Part shown: piece after piece, positions 26,750 through 38,800 of the stretch
How the letters are laid out: every line of letters begins with the position of its first letter
Numbering within the stretch: the first letter of the stretch is position 1
Assembly (NCBI RefSeq): GCF_018350175.1
Contig: NC_058369.1
Location: 23,066,001-23,130,000, forward strand
DNA from: Felis catus
Taxonomy: Eukaryota
Reading direction: 5' to 3'
Length of the DNA stretch: 64,000 bases
Made by a program: the position numbers and the translations under genes
Notes under the pieces: model-generated
Database searches by the model: none
Told to the model about the DNA's origin: nothing
What the model saw: the letters and a program-made list of their open reading frames with translations, nothing else

Positions 26750-28476
26750 TTTTTTTTAATATGAAATTTATTGTCAAATTGGTTTCCATATAACACCCAG
26801 TGCTCATCCCAACAGGTGCCCTCCTCAGTACCCCTCATCTACCTTCCCTTCCCTCCCACCCCCCCATCAACCCTCAGTTTGTTCTCAATTTTTATGAGTC
26901 TCTTATGTTTTGGCTCCCTCCCTCTCTAACCTTTCTTTTTTTCCTTCCCCTCCCCCATGGTCTTCTGTTAAGTTTCTCAGGATCCACATAAGAGTGAAAA
27001 CATATGGTGTCTGTCTTTCTCTGTATGACTTATTTCGCTTAGCATAACACTCTCCAGTTCCATCCACGTTGCTACAAAAGGCCATATTTCATTCTTTCTC
27101 ATTGCCATGTAGTATTCCATTGTGTGTATGAACCACAGTTTCATTATCCATTCATCAGTTGATGGACATTTAGGCTCTTTCCAAATTTGGCTATTGTTGA
27201 AAGTGCTGCTATAAACATTGGGGTACAAGTGCCCCTATGCATCAGCACTTCTGTATTCCCCGGGTAAATTCCTAGCAGTGCTATTGCTGGGTCATAGGGT
27301 AGATCTATTTTTAATTTTTTGAGGAACCTCCACACTGTTTTCCAGAGCGGCTGCACCAGTTTGCATTCCCACCAGCAGTGCAAGAGGGTTCTCGTTTCTC
27401 CGCATCCTTGCCAGCATTTGTAGTCTCCTGATTTGTTCATTTTAGCCACTCTGACTGGCGTGAGGTGGTATCTCAGTGCGGTTTTGATTTGTACTTCCCT
27501 GATGAGGAGAGACGTTGAGCATCTTTTCATGTGCCTGTTGGCCATCTGGATGTCTTCTTTAGAGAAGTGTCTATTCATGTCTTCTGCCCGTTTCTTCACT
27601 GGATTATTTGTTTTTTGGGTGTGGAGTTTGGTGAGCTCTTTATAGATTTTGGATACTAGCCCTTTGTCCGATATGTCATTTGCAAATATCTTTTCCCATT
27701 CCGTTGGTTGCCTTTTAGTTTTGTTGATTGTTTCCTTTGCAGTGCAGAAGCTTTTTATCTTCATGAGGTCCCAATAGTTCATTTTTGCTTTTAATTCCCT
27801 TGCCTTTGGGGATGTGTCAAGTAAGAAATTGCTGCAGCTGAGGTCAGAGAGGTTTTTTTTCCTGCTTTCTCCTCTAGGGTTTTGATGGTTTCCTGTCTCA
27901 TATTTAAGTCCTTTATCCATTTTGAGTTTATTTTTGTGAATGGTGTGAGAAAGTGGTCTAGTTTCAACCTTCTGCATGTTGCTGTCCAGTTCTCCCAGCA
28001 CCATTTGTTAAAGAGACTGTCTTTTTTCCATTGGATATTCTTTCCTGCTTTGTCAAAGATTAGTTGGCCATACTTTGTGGGTCCAATTCTGGAGTCTCTA
28101 TTCTATTCCATTGGTCTCTGTGTCTGTTTTTGTGCCAATACCATGCTGTCTTGATGATTACAGCTTTGTAGTAGAGGCTAAAGTCTGGGATTGTGATGCC
28201 TCCCGCTTTGGTCTTCTTCTTCAGTATTATTTTGGCTATTCGGAGTCTTTTGTGGTTTCATACAAGTTTTAGGATTGCTTGTTCTAGCTTTAAGAAGAAT
28301 GCTGGTGCAATGCTGATTGGGATTGCATTGAATGTGTAGATAGCTTTGGGTAGTATTGACATTTTAACAATATTTATTCTTCCAATCCATGAGCACGGAA
28401 TGTTTTTCCATTTCTTTATATCTTCTTCAATTTCCTTCATAAGCTTTCTATAGTTTTCAGCATACAGATCTCTTAC
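26750..28476 (-). mobile_element. 5'-truncated young felid L1 (about 1.7 kb of ORF2 plus 3' UTR)
   Basis: ORFs 28258-28440, 27144-28004 and 26977-27228 are frameshifted L1 ORF2 pieces ([17 protein letters not shown]...HMFSLLCGS); TSD gcttgtg(g/a)ttcttt at 26736-26749 and 28477-28490, with CTTT/AA endonuclease-type site. Confidence 0.97.
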
Positions 28477-30306
28477 GCTTGTGATTCTTTAAAAAAAAAT
28501 CCACTTACAAATCCTATGAGAAAATATGGTCCTCACTGATACATCCTTTGGTGGCCCAAGACTGACTTTGAAGGGTTGCCTAAATGCTGTGTGTGGTTGG
28601 GATGTGGATCTGGATGGAGGTTGAGCCTTTGAACTGTGGGGTAAAATTTTTTATCTGGACTAGGTCACTGATGATATCAGCGATCAAAGATTTTGGAGAC
28701 AATCAAATCCCTTAACATCTGTGATTTTGAGACAGAAATGGAAGAAGTCGCACACTGTCTCATTCTTTTTGTCTGAATTGGTTATTCAGGGGTCTCTTTA
28801 GGAACTCTCACCAAATGGCTGAGAAGTTCCATTTGAGATGCAGTTCATTGACTGCTGACTATTGGAACGTCATTTCTGAAGACCTCCATGTCTTGGTCAT
28901 CTGAAATTGGACCCTTTAAATAATTCAGAGGTCAGAGCACAGAAGAGACAATCTTGTTGAAGATTTATGAAATGTCAAAATTTAACAAATGTAAGGTCTA
29001 TACTTAATTTTGACTGGCTCGTATGAAGACACCAAAAGAAGTAAAACTCTTTAGAACTTTCCAAAGTGGGGATGCACTAAGGATCACCCTCCCTTGTCCT
29101 CCCTCTGTAATGCTTAGGGATGTGTCCTGGGGAGGGGAGAGTCATTTGGTAAAAACTTTGTGTTTCTGTCCCACTATGTGGGACGCTTTCACCTTGGAAC
29201 AATAAAAGGGTTAACCCAAGTATTGAACACTGTTTAGCTGTCTTGGGACATTTGTTCTGTGTTCATGGATTTAGTAAATTTAATGTAAATAGGCACCCCA
29301 GCAGCTGTGTCCCCTTAAGCACATTTTATTTAGCAGCTGAGTTATCCACATCACTTGGCAGCCTTAGATTTTCAATTTTTTCTTGTGCCAAGAGGGCAGC
29401 TGGAATAATTTGAGTACTCATTAATTTGGGAGAAATATGAGCTGTGTATGGCAGACAACACGAGTCTTCTGTATGGTGTTGTACCAGGATAAGCAGATCA
29501 GAATAGAAGCAATTTGCCCTATCCCAAAGGGGCCCTAGGATTTTAATAAGCTGGTTATGAAAATTCTATTTCTTTGCAATTTGAAGCATCTAATTAGAGC
29601 CTGTAATTTCTCTCCTATAACGAGAGTGGATGAAGGTTAACGTTAGGCCTCACGGGCCCTTTCACATTCATTTACAGAGAGAAATCAGGTAACAGTTGTA
29701 GTTAATTAGTACAGGGTATTAAATATTTAGTCCATCTTGATTTAACTTGGAGAACACATGCATGTTGTTGGAGTATGGAAAATGATAAAGGGAAGTTAAA
29801 TTTAATTTTTAATCAAAGATAAACTTAAAGGCAGTATAATAATTTTAGCCCTGACTCTCCTTTCCCGACAGCCAGTGCAGCAATTGCCTCCAGTCGCCTG
29901 AGCTGTCAAGATAAAGGAAGATGATGTCGATTTAATTTCATCACCGAACACATTTCCCAAGTTCAAACAGCTGGGATTTATGCAATCTGCGTAGAGTACA
30001 AAGAACCCGATGATTTTTATCATAGCAGTGACATAAAAAACCACCTTCTTGATGTTTCAGAGTTGGGATTTTGAGTTTGGATATGAGTGCGTTTGGGGGA
30101 ACTGCCTTAAGGAGATGTATCATTCACAGGCATTTCTTTCAAGAGAGGACTCGTGTCTAACAAAATTACTCTCTGAAAGAAAATCTTCCTCCAAGAGGCA
30201 GGGCCTACTCGGTAACAAGCAGCCTTGTGTTGAATCAAGTCTGACTTTGCCGTAGACTGATACCCAAACTCCTGTGTGCTGAAGACAATAAGTCATTCTC
30301 ATGACT

Positions 30307-31294
30307 TGTCATGACCCAACCCAAATTACCTTCCTAAAGTGAGATTCAGTTAAGTTAGGACATGCATATCAGGAAGAAACCCCTCAGGACTGATGGGGCC
30401 CATGATTGGACTTCCCTCCGGGGCCCAGCACAGAGTAAAACATCTTCGGAGTGAAATCAGTTCCTGGGAAAGCTCTCAGGACTTCTGTAACTTACCCGGA
30501 AGCAGGCTTCTGGGGCACGAGAATATTATAAAAGGGCAAAGATAGGGGGAAAGATAGAAAGTCTTATAAGAATAGAAAGGTTTAAAAGAGTAACTTTAGG
30601 GCCTGTGTCCCTCTAGGTGTTCTGGTGAGGGGGTTTATCTTGGCCTATGAAACCTATCACTACTCCAGTGGTTTCATTTGGGGAATGCTTGAAGCATCTT
30701 TGTAGATTTGTACAAAAAAAAAAAAAAAGGTGACTCCCAAAAACCATCTTACTTTGCTACATTGGCTTCCAGTTGCCAGTTGTCATAAAATGGTTTCTGA
30801 CGGCAATAATCCTTTGAAAATCGCCTGTTATTGGGGATAATAGCTGGTTGTCAGAGCATTAACCACCCTCGACTTCACTTTGGGCTATTACATAACAAAA
30901 GAATGAACTGATGGTGAGTCTGCCAGGTGTATTAAATTATATCATGCATTATAGAAGTTCCATGATGGGGATTAGCATCCAGAAAAGACTATCAGAGATT
31001 GCCAAACTCATTATCTGCTGAGACAGGAGGCTGGCCTCAGGCCTGAGGATGCAAGGCTGTAGTTGTCTGTAACTATTAAGCCACTAGCTCAGGTCCATCC
31101 TTGCCCTAGCATGGAGACAGAGAAGTATCACACCAGTGTTTTCTCTGTTCTTCCGCCTCTAAAGAGAATCGAATTACGGTGTATTGATTATAGTTAGGTA
31201 TAAAGCTGCCTTGAAATGGATTTATTCATTTTCTGATTTCTTGATGACAGACCTACGTCTTTGGGATCCTCCCAGCACTTTTGGGGAGTCTACA
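30307..31294. mobile_element. Possible ancient solo LTR (family unassigned)
   Basis: Starts tgtcatgaccc, ends gtctaca, TATA-like tataaaag near 30527; no convincing TSD. Confidence 0.3.
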
Positions 31295-31849
31295 TTTTGT
31301 TCTCTAGCTTACCTTAGACAATAAATGTGGATGGTGGACTTCAGAGGGTACGGCCTCCGAGAGGATCTGCCACAATGTTGCAGGCACCCACATTCACACT
31401 TAGTGTTGATATGTCACATTGAGCTGAAGACATCTTTCAGGTCAGATGTTTTCCAAAGGGGAGAAGCATGAAATGAAACGACGATTTAATACCCATGGAA
31501 ATCAGATTTCTGCTGCAAACACACAGACAAAGCATGACTTCTTGTGTGTTCTCGACAGGTCTGAGTGATCCTTCACACAGGTCTTGGCCTAGTCCATTTT
31601 TGATGACCTGGCAAATGGTGCTGCTTCTAATTTTCAGTAGAACATCCTTGTAAGACCTGTTTAATCATGTCCATAATCCTTAAACAATAATCTGAATTTT
31701 CCTACCTGGATCTTTTCTTCATGGAGTTGGGTATTGGATCAATATTGCACCTCTCCTACCGTGCCCAGACCCTGACACTCAGTAGGTGCTCTGGAAATAT
31801 CAGCTGAATGGAATTGAGTGGAAATTTCTTACCGCCTCTTTCTAAAAAA

Positions 31850-32680
31850 TATTTTCTTATTACAAAAGTGTTTCATGTTCACTGTAGAAAATTAAAAAAC
31901 AACAGATAGCAAGCAAGAAAGAAGTATCATCTGCTCTCCAACCACCAGAGATTATAGCATTAGGCACCCTTTGCATATATCTTTCCATTATTTTTCTGTG
32001 AAAATATATTTTTATTTTTTTTATAGATTGGCTAAGACTGTACATGGCGTTTTGGAGCCTATTTTGTTCTTTTAGTGATGTCTTTCCAAGTCATTACGCG
32101 ATCAACCTGACCATTATTTGTAATGGCTTTATGAAAGTTCATTGAATGAATGTACTATAATTTAATCCCCTTTCTGTGGGTACATTTAGGTGGTTGTAAT
32201 TTTTCTCTAATATGAACAGCGCTTCAACATATATCCTTTATGTTAAATCGTTTCGCTGCATGATGGTTTCCTTGGGCAATGTGGAGAGTCAAACAAAGAA
32301 AATATCCATCAAGACTTTTGAAAAGACAGATTGCTTTGGTGGGTAGAAAGAAAGGCAAAATATCAGACATCTGAACTTGGTCTGAGCAATGAAGGGCAAC
32401 AGCATCTTATGGACATCATCAATGGATAAATGTTTAGAAACTGTAGAATGTGGACTGTTACATTCTATTTGTACATTTTAACAAAATGAAAAATTTCAAC
32501 TTGGTGGGAAAAAAAAAATTGGAGGTGATTTCCTATAAGTGGATTGCTGTGTTGGATATTACGTACATTTTAAATATTTGAAAGATATGGTCAAGTTATT
32601 GTCAGAAAGCTTATGCCCATTTATATTCCCACCAGCAGGAAGGCTATTTCCCAATACTCTCATTGTCATTAACAAAACAT
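31850..32680 (-). mobile_element. Ancient L1M 3' fragments
   Basis: tacatttaggtggttgtaattttt...; ccatttatattcccaccagcag...cccaatactc pattern typical of antisense L1ME-type relics. Confidence 0.55.
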
Positions 32681-32933
32681 TTTCAATTCCATAGCAAAAA
32701 AAAAAAAAAAAAAAAAAGAAAGGAAAGGAAAAAAAAACCAAAAACACCTCCCAAAAAACAGAAATACCCCCAAACTCTTAATTTGTATTTGTATTTTTCC
32801 TTTAAAGTGAGTTTAGTCATGTCCTGTGACCCATTATTTTGCTCTCATGTCAAAGTGTTGCAATTAAAGAAATGAACTTTGGAGTCCCGTATGCCTTAAA
32901 AGGGTTTGATAGCTGCCACTTACCTACTGTGTG

Positions 32934-33669
32934 ACAACACCCAGTACTCATCCCAACAGGTGCCCTCCTCAATGACCATCACCCACTTTCCCCTCTCCCC
33001 CAGCCCCCATCAACCCTCAGATTGTTCTCAGTATTTAAGAATCTCTTATGGTTTGGCTCCCTCCCTCTCTGTAACTTTTTTTTCTCCCTTCTCCTCCCCC
33101 ATGGTCTTTTGCTAAGTTTCTCAGGATCCACATATGAGTGAAAACATATGGTATCTGTCTTTCTCTGCCTGACTTATTTCACTCAGCATAATACCCTCCA
33201 GTTCCATCCATGTTGCTGCAGATGGCAAGATTTCATTCTTTCTCATTGCCACATAGTATTCCATTGTATATATAAACCAAAACTTCTTTATCCATTCGTC
33301 AGCTGATGGACATTTAGGCTGTTTCCATAATTTGGCTATTGTTGAAAGTGCTGCTATAAACATTGGGGTACAAGTGCCCCTATGCATCAGCACTCCTGTA
33401 TCCCTTGGGTAAACTCCTAGAAGTGCTATTGCTGGGTCATAGGGTAGATCTGTTTTTAATTTTTTGAGGAACCTCCACACTGTTTTCCAGGGCGGCTGCA
33501 CCAGTTTGCATTCCCACCAGCAGGGGCAAGAGGGTTCCTGTTTCTACACATCCTCGCCAGCGTCTATAGTATCCTGATTTGTTCATTTTAGCCACCCTGA
33601 CTGGCGTGAGGTTGTATCTCGGTGTGGTTTTGATTTGTATTTCCTTGATGAGGAGTGACATTGAGCATC
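32934..33669 (-). mobile_element. L1 3' segment of a 5'-inverted insertion; poly(A) and terminal ~35 nt missing
   Basis: ORF 33121-33501 is the ORF2 C-terminus; the 3' UTR begins abruptly at acaacacccagt. Confidence 0.95.
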
Positions 33670-34261
33670 AGGGATGTCCACTCTCACCACTGTTGTTTAA
33701 CATAATATTGGAAGTCCTAGCATCAGCAATCAGACAACAAAATGAAATCAAAGGCATCAGAATTGGCAAAGATGAAGTCAAACTTTCACTTTTTGGAGAT
33801 GACATGATATTCTATATGGAAAACCCAACAGACTCCACCAAAAGTCTTCTAGAACTGATACATGAATTCAGCAAAGTTGCAGGGTACAAAATTAATGTAC
33901 AGGAATCGGTTGCACTTTTATACACCAATAATGAAGCAACAGAAAGAGAAATAAAGAAACTGATCCCATTCACAGTTGCACCAAGAAACATAAAATACCT
34001 AGGAATAAACCTAACCAAAGGTGTAAAAGATCTGTATACTGAAAACTATAGAAAGCTTATGAAGGAAATTGAAGAATATACAAAGAAATGGAAAAACATT
34101 CCATGCTCATGGATTGGAAGAATAAATATTGTTAAAATGCCAATACTACCCAAAGCAATCTACACATTCAATGCAATCCCAATCAAAATTGCACCAGTAT
34201 TCTTCTCAAAGCTAGAATAAGGAATCCTACAATTTGTATGGAACCACAAAAGACCCCAAAT
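33669..34261 (+). mobile_element. Inverted upstream ORF2 (RT) segment of the same L1 insertion
   Basis: [17 protein letters not shown]...[10 protein letters not shown]...[17 protein letters not shown] on + strand, fused directly to the minus-strand segment at gagcat-c-agggatg. Confidence 0.95.
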
Positions 34262-34464
34262 TTGCTCATCTGTTAAATGAGAATAATGATAGTGCCCACC
34301 TCATTGCAATCCTGCCATGTATGATATGTGACAATGGGCGGGTGCTCAACATGATTTTAATGCTGTAGTCGTACTCTATTTCTCTTACCATGTTCCTACT
34401 GCAGACATTATGATGGATTATCCCTACTTAGCCTGTGCTTATACCTTATAATTTCTTGCAATAA

Positions 34465-35185
34465 CCGCATTAATTCATTTATTTGAAAGTTATTTGGGGG
34501 CATCTGCTGTAGGTCAGGTTCTAGATTAGGAGTTAAACAATAGTGAACAAAACTGACATTGTATCTCCATCATGAAGCTTACACTTGTGTGTGTGTGTGT
34601 GTGTGTGTGTGAAGTAGAACATAGCCAAGTGGCAAATAAAATAACTGTAAATAGCACTGAATGCTGTGCAGAAAAGCAATAGGGGCTGAGGCCAAGCATA
34701 AAATGGAGACTTATTTTAGATGACAAGAGGAGGGAGGGACTTTGGGACATGGGGAGTTTTATGATAAGACCAAAAGGATAGAAAGGAAACAGCAATGCTA
34801 AAATGTTTTAGTGTTGAGAGGGGAGCATGTGCAAAGGGTCTATGGCATGAAAAAGACTTGAGGTGTTGGGGGAATTGGAAAAAAGTTAATGTGGGAGGAA
34901 GGGCGTGGCTGGGAATTTGGCAATAGTGAGGGGCAACCTGAGGTGGGATTGTGGAACAAGGCAGAGGCCAGAGCATGGGTCAGGGGTGGCTTTTGATTCT
35001 TATTATATATGAAAGCAATGCCCCTGCAGAACTTCTAGCAAAGGAGGCACATTTTCTGATTTTTACTGCAGGAAGCTTTCTCTGGGACTGGATAGCAATG
35101 GAAAAGCTCAGGTAAGAGGCCTGGCTGTTTATCCAAATGAGAGGTGTTGGTAGCCTGGACTAAGTATTGGCAGAGGAGATGAAAA
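34465..35185 (-). mobile_element. L2 relic with internal (TG)n
   Basis: ttaattcatttatttg...gcatctgctgtaggtcagg...gcatgtgcaaagg...ccaaatgagaggtgttggtagcctggactaag. Confidence 0.65.
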
Positions 35186-35678
35186 TCACAAGAATTGTAT
35201 TTAGCAAGAAACTTCCAAAGAAATTATTTATTTCCCTATTCCATGTCATTAATTAGGATCATTTTTAACACTGAAGTCATTAGAAGTCACCCAGTGCTCT
35301 GAAAGAGAGGGTTTCCAGGCTGCAGCAGATGCTGTGGACCCTTCCTCCCATGCAGCCTCATATCCTCAAGCTTACTCCTCCAGGAAAAGCCCTCATCTCC
35401 TGAAGGTGGTGTTTAAGATGGAAAACTGGAGAACTTTGTTGCTCATATTAGAGCCAGCAGCTTTGACCAATCTTGAGGCTCTCCAGTTGGAGAAACATAT
35501 TTTGGAAAAACAAACAGCTCAGTTCCAGGACACAGTATCTATCTTTCTCTTCCCTCAATCCTCATGAAAAATCCTGACCCCAGAAAAACACAAACCAACA
35601 AATAAATAAAGCCATAATGGTGAGGAAAGAAAATAGGTTCTAGCTCTCAGGAATACCAACTTTGCGTTTATGTATTTT

Positions 35679-35899
35679 TTCTTTTTAAAAAAAATTTTTT
35701 TTAATGTTTATTTATTTTTGAGAGAGACAGACTATGAGCAGGGGAGGGGCAGAAAGAGAGGGAGACACAGAATCTGAAGCAGGCTCCAGGTACCAAGCTG
35801 CCGGCACAGAGCCCGACACGGGGCTCAAACTCACAGACCGTGAGATCATGACCTGAGCCGAAGTTGGCTGCTTAACCAGCTGAGCCACCCAGGTGCCCC
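35679..35899 (-). mobile_element. Can-SINE (felid type)
   Basis: Full body ending gagccacccaggtgcccc; TSD gtttatgtatttt at 35666-35678 and 35903-35915. Confidence 0.95.
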
Positions 35900-38800
35900 A
35901 TAGTTTATGTATTTTCTTCTATTAAAACCCATTGCTCTTCATGGCCTGCATTTCACTGATCTGTGTGCTGCCTCCCAGGCTATCTTTCCCCACCATCCCG
36001 TGCATTCCATGTGGGTTCTACTGGGTTTGTAGCTTCTCTCCACTGCAAGAATGCTCCTGCAGGACAGAGATGATCTGTTGCCCTGCATGACCTCCCCTTC
36101 CTCAGTGTTTTTTGGTCACCACGCCTTTTTTACCAACTTACTGGCATGACTGATACTACTTAATTTCCTGTTGTTTTCTCTTACATGTAAAATGTGGTGG
36201 GGAAAATGTGAGAAATGCTGGAGGGTTCATTTCCAGGAGCAAAGAGCCGAGGGGAAGATCAGGAAGGATTCTTTTGACCTAAGCTATCCCTCCAAAGGGA
36301 CACAAAGCTAAGAGAAGAAATACAGGGACTTTACAGTTAAAAGTTTTTAACAAAATTTAACCCTCTTTCATGATAAGAGCATTGAACAAATATATGACCA
36401 GAACATAATAAAAGTAGGGCCAAACAAAACACTTAATCTCTGTTAGAGATGAGGACAGCCAACACCAGTGAGGAAACCTGGATAACTTTAAGGCTTACAG
36501 TCTGTAAGATAACAATTCTTAGGATAAATACAACTCTAACTGATTGAAGGCAAGAAATACATTTTCTTCTGGGGTTTCTCAGAAAGAAGATATGTTTCCC
36601 CCCAGATGCCCCCTGGAACTTTCTCTCACTTTCCTGCCTCATCCACCTATGCTACTCGTTGATGTCAAAACAGTGGCTCTTGATAGTACGGTCTTCAGCT
36701 GGGTGCATGCTCCCATAGTGGATGTTCAGGGTCATGGGAGCACTGGAATCCCTGGAGGGGGCAGAGGTCGGGGTACTGATAATGAGCATGTATCGATTGC
36801 CGAAACCCCAGAGGTGATTCTGATAAGTCCTTCCCTCCCAACCCTGAGCCATGTTCCTACCTGTCTGCCTCTTGGAGAGTCACAGGTAAAATGAAATGAA
36901 CGCTGTCCTCAACAATATCCTTGCAGTTGTCTGATGAGTCCTTGACTTTTCTTTCTGACAGTAAGCCCCAGAAGGTGGCAGGTGATTTGACAGCAGAAAC
37001 TGCTATTTTAGACTAATTCTTAGTGACAGGGAGGATTGGTGGGGAAGATAGAAGTGACAAGAACCGTGCTAGCTTAGAGTTCACAACAGCTGTTGGTTTT
37101 AATAAGTTTGAGAATGATTTGGGCAGAATTCCAAACCCCTAAATCCTCGACCTATAACCTGCAGTGTGCTGATTCACTCGGGTGGTCTGTGGAGGGACTG
37201 CTTTATCCAAACGCATGCTGCTTCTTACTGAGTGGCGAGGGGGTGGGGACGGGCTTTGGCCCACATCCCACACAAGGGCTGCATTTGTGCCCAAGGTCGT
37301 GTGAGTCTTGGTCCTGTACCCTCATCTGGTTAGTGAACACAAACTCGGCGGGGGGTGGGGGGGGTACCATTAAGGGAAAAGGAGCTTTTCACTAAGGTCC
37401 AGACTGACAGGCCAACTCACGCCTTCAGGCTTCACACCTTTGGGCCTTTTCCTACATGTTTTCTCTTTAGGGTCCAGGCAAGATGCCCCATTGGAGACCT
37501 CCTCTTAGGACCCCCCCACGCACTCTTTAGTAGCACAAACCCTGCCCTCACCCTACCATTTAACAGCAATCCTGCCATATGGGTATTCTGTTAACCATGG
37601 TGCCTTGCAGGTAAGGAAAATGAGACTCAGAAAGATCACATAACTCCCCCCAGGTTGCCTGGCTCACTTGGGGAAGACCCAGCTGCTAAAACTGGGTGTG
37701 TCCAGTTCTCAACCCTGTCTTGTATCCACTGTATTCTGCTCACCTGTCCACCCAGTCATTCCTGTTTTCCATGAAATCTTGCTGCCTGTTCAAACTGTGC
37801 CAAGGGGCGGGAGGAAGAAGGGACTTGCACTGAAAGTTGCTTGGAAGAACAAGTGTCCCATCATCGCTGTAAAGTGTTGTCTTTTCCCTGCTAGGTTATC
37901 CTTGAAGCAGGCCGTTATTTAAAATACAATTGACTTCAGTCTACAGCTTGTATGCCTTCCATCTAGAATCAAGGGGCAGCACCTAGGAAGAAATATGCTA
38001 TAAAACTGATGATCCACCCATGTGAGGCCTCAACTAAGACACCATTTTCTGGCTCCTGAAGATGAGATGGCAGTAACAAAGACGGGAACTTTTCCGTCCT
38101 CCATTTCTTGCTATTTATCACCGAACTGCAGTGTGAAAAGAAATCAAGGGAACTTATTGTAGGGGAAAGTGAAATTTCCAGCTGATTGATAGCATATCAA
38201 TTTGGAAAAATAGGAAAGCATTTAAAATGAAGTTGGTAGTGAAGGAAAGAGCTCTAACTCTGACAAATTCATGAGCATCCCATGCCAACTTATTTTGACT
38301 TACAAAATTTGTGAAAAGAAATGGAGAGAAAGTGAATGACTGATATTCATTGAGAATCTACCACATCCTGGGCACTGAGCTGGGTGTAGTGGCCTCATTC
38401 TGCTCCCACATCTGCATTTCTGTTTGGAGGACGAAATCGATGTAATTCAAGGAAATAAGTCATTAAGATACCTACAAAACGTACCAGGTATCATGAAGGA
38501 GACACATGGGATGAGAGGGAGTTAGCCATAGAAAGTGAGGGAATAAAGAACATTCTAGGCAGTGGGACAGGACCCTAAAGACAGGGTCTTTAGACAAAGA
38601 CCCTAAAGCCAAAAAAGAGTTTTTCATGTCTCTGGGTCTTCCAGGACATCGTAGCTGTGATCAGGAGTTGGGAATATATTCCAAGTGCAATGGGAAGACA
38701 TCGGAAGGCTCTAAGCTAGGGAGGGACATGATTCCAAGATGTTTCACAAGTGTAAGTATGAGCATCCCCATTTGTAGAACAATTAATTTCCCTTTTACGT

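Noticed and set aside
27144..28004. 286-aa ORF as a functional gene or active L1
   Set aside because: Frameshifted piece of a 5'-truncated L1 with no promoter, ORF1 or complete RT.
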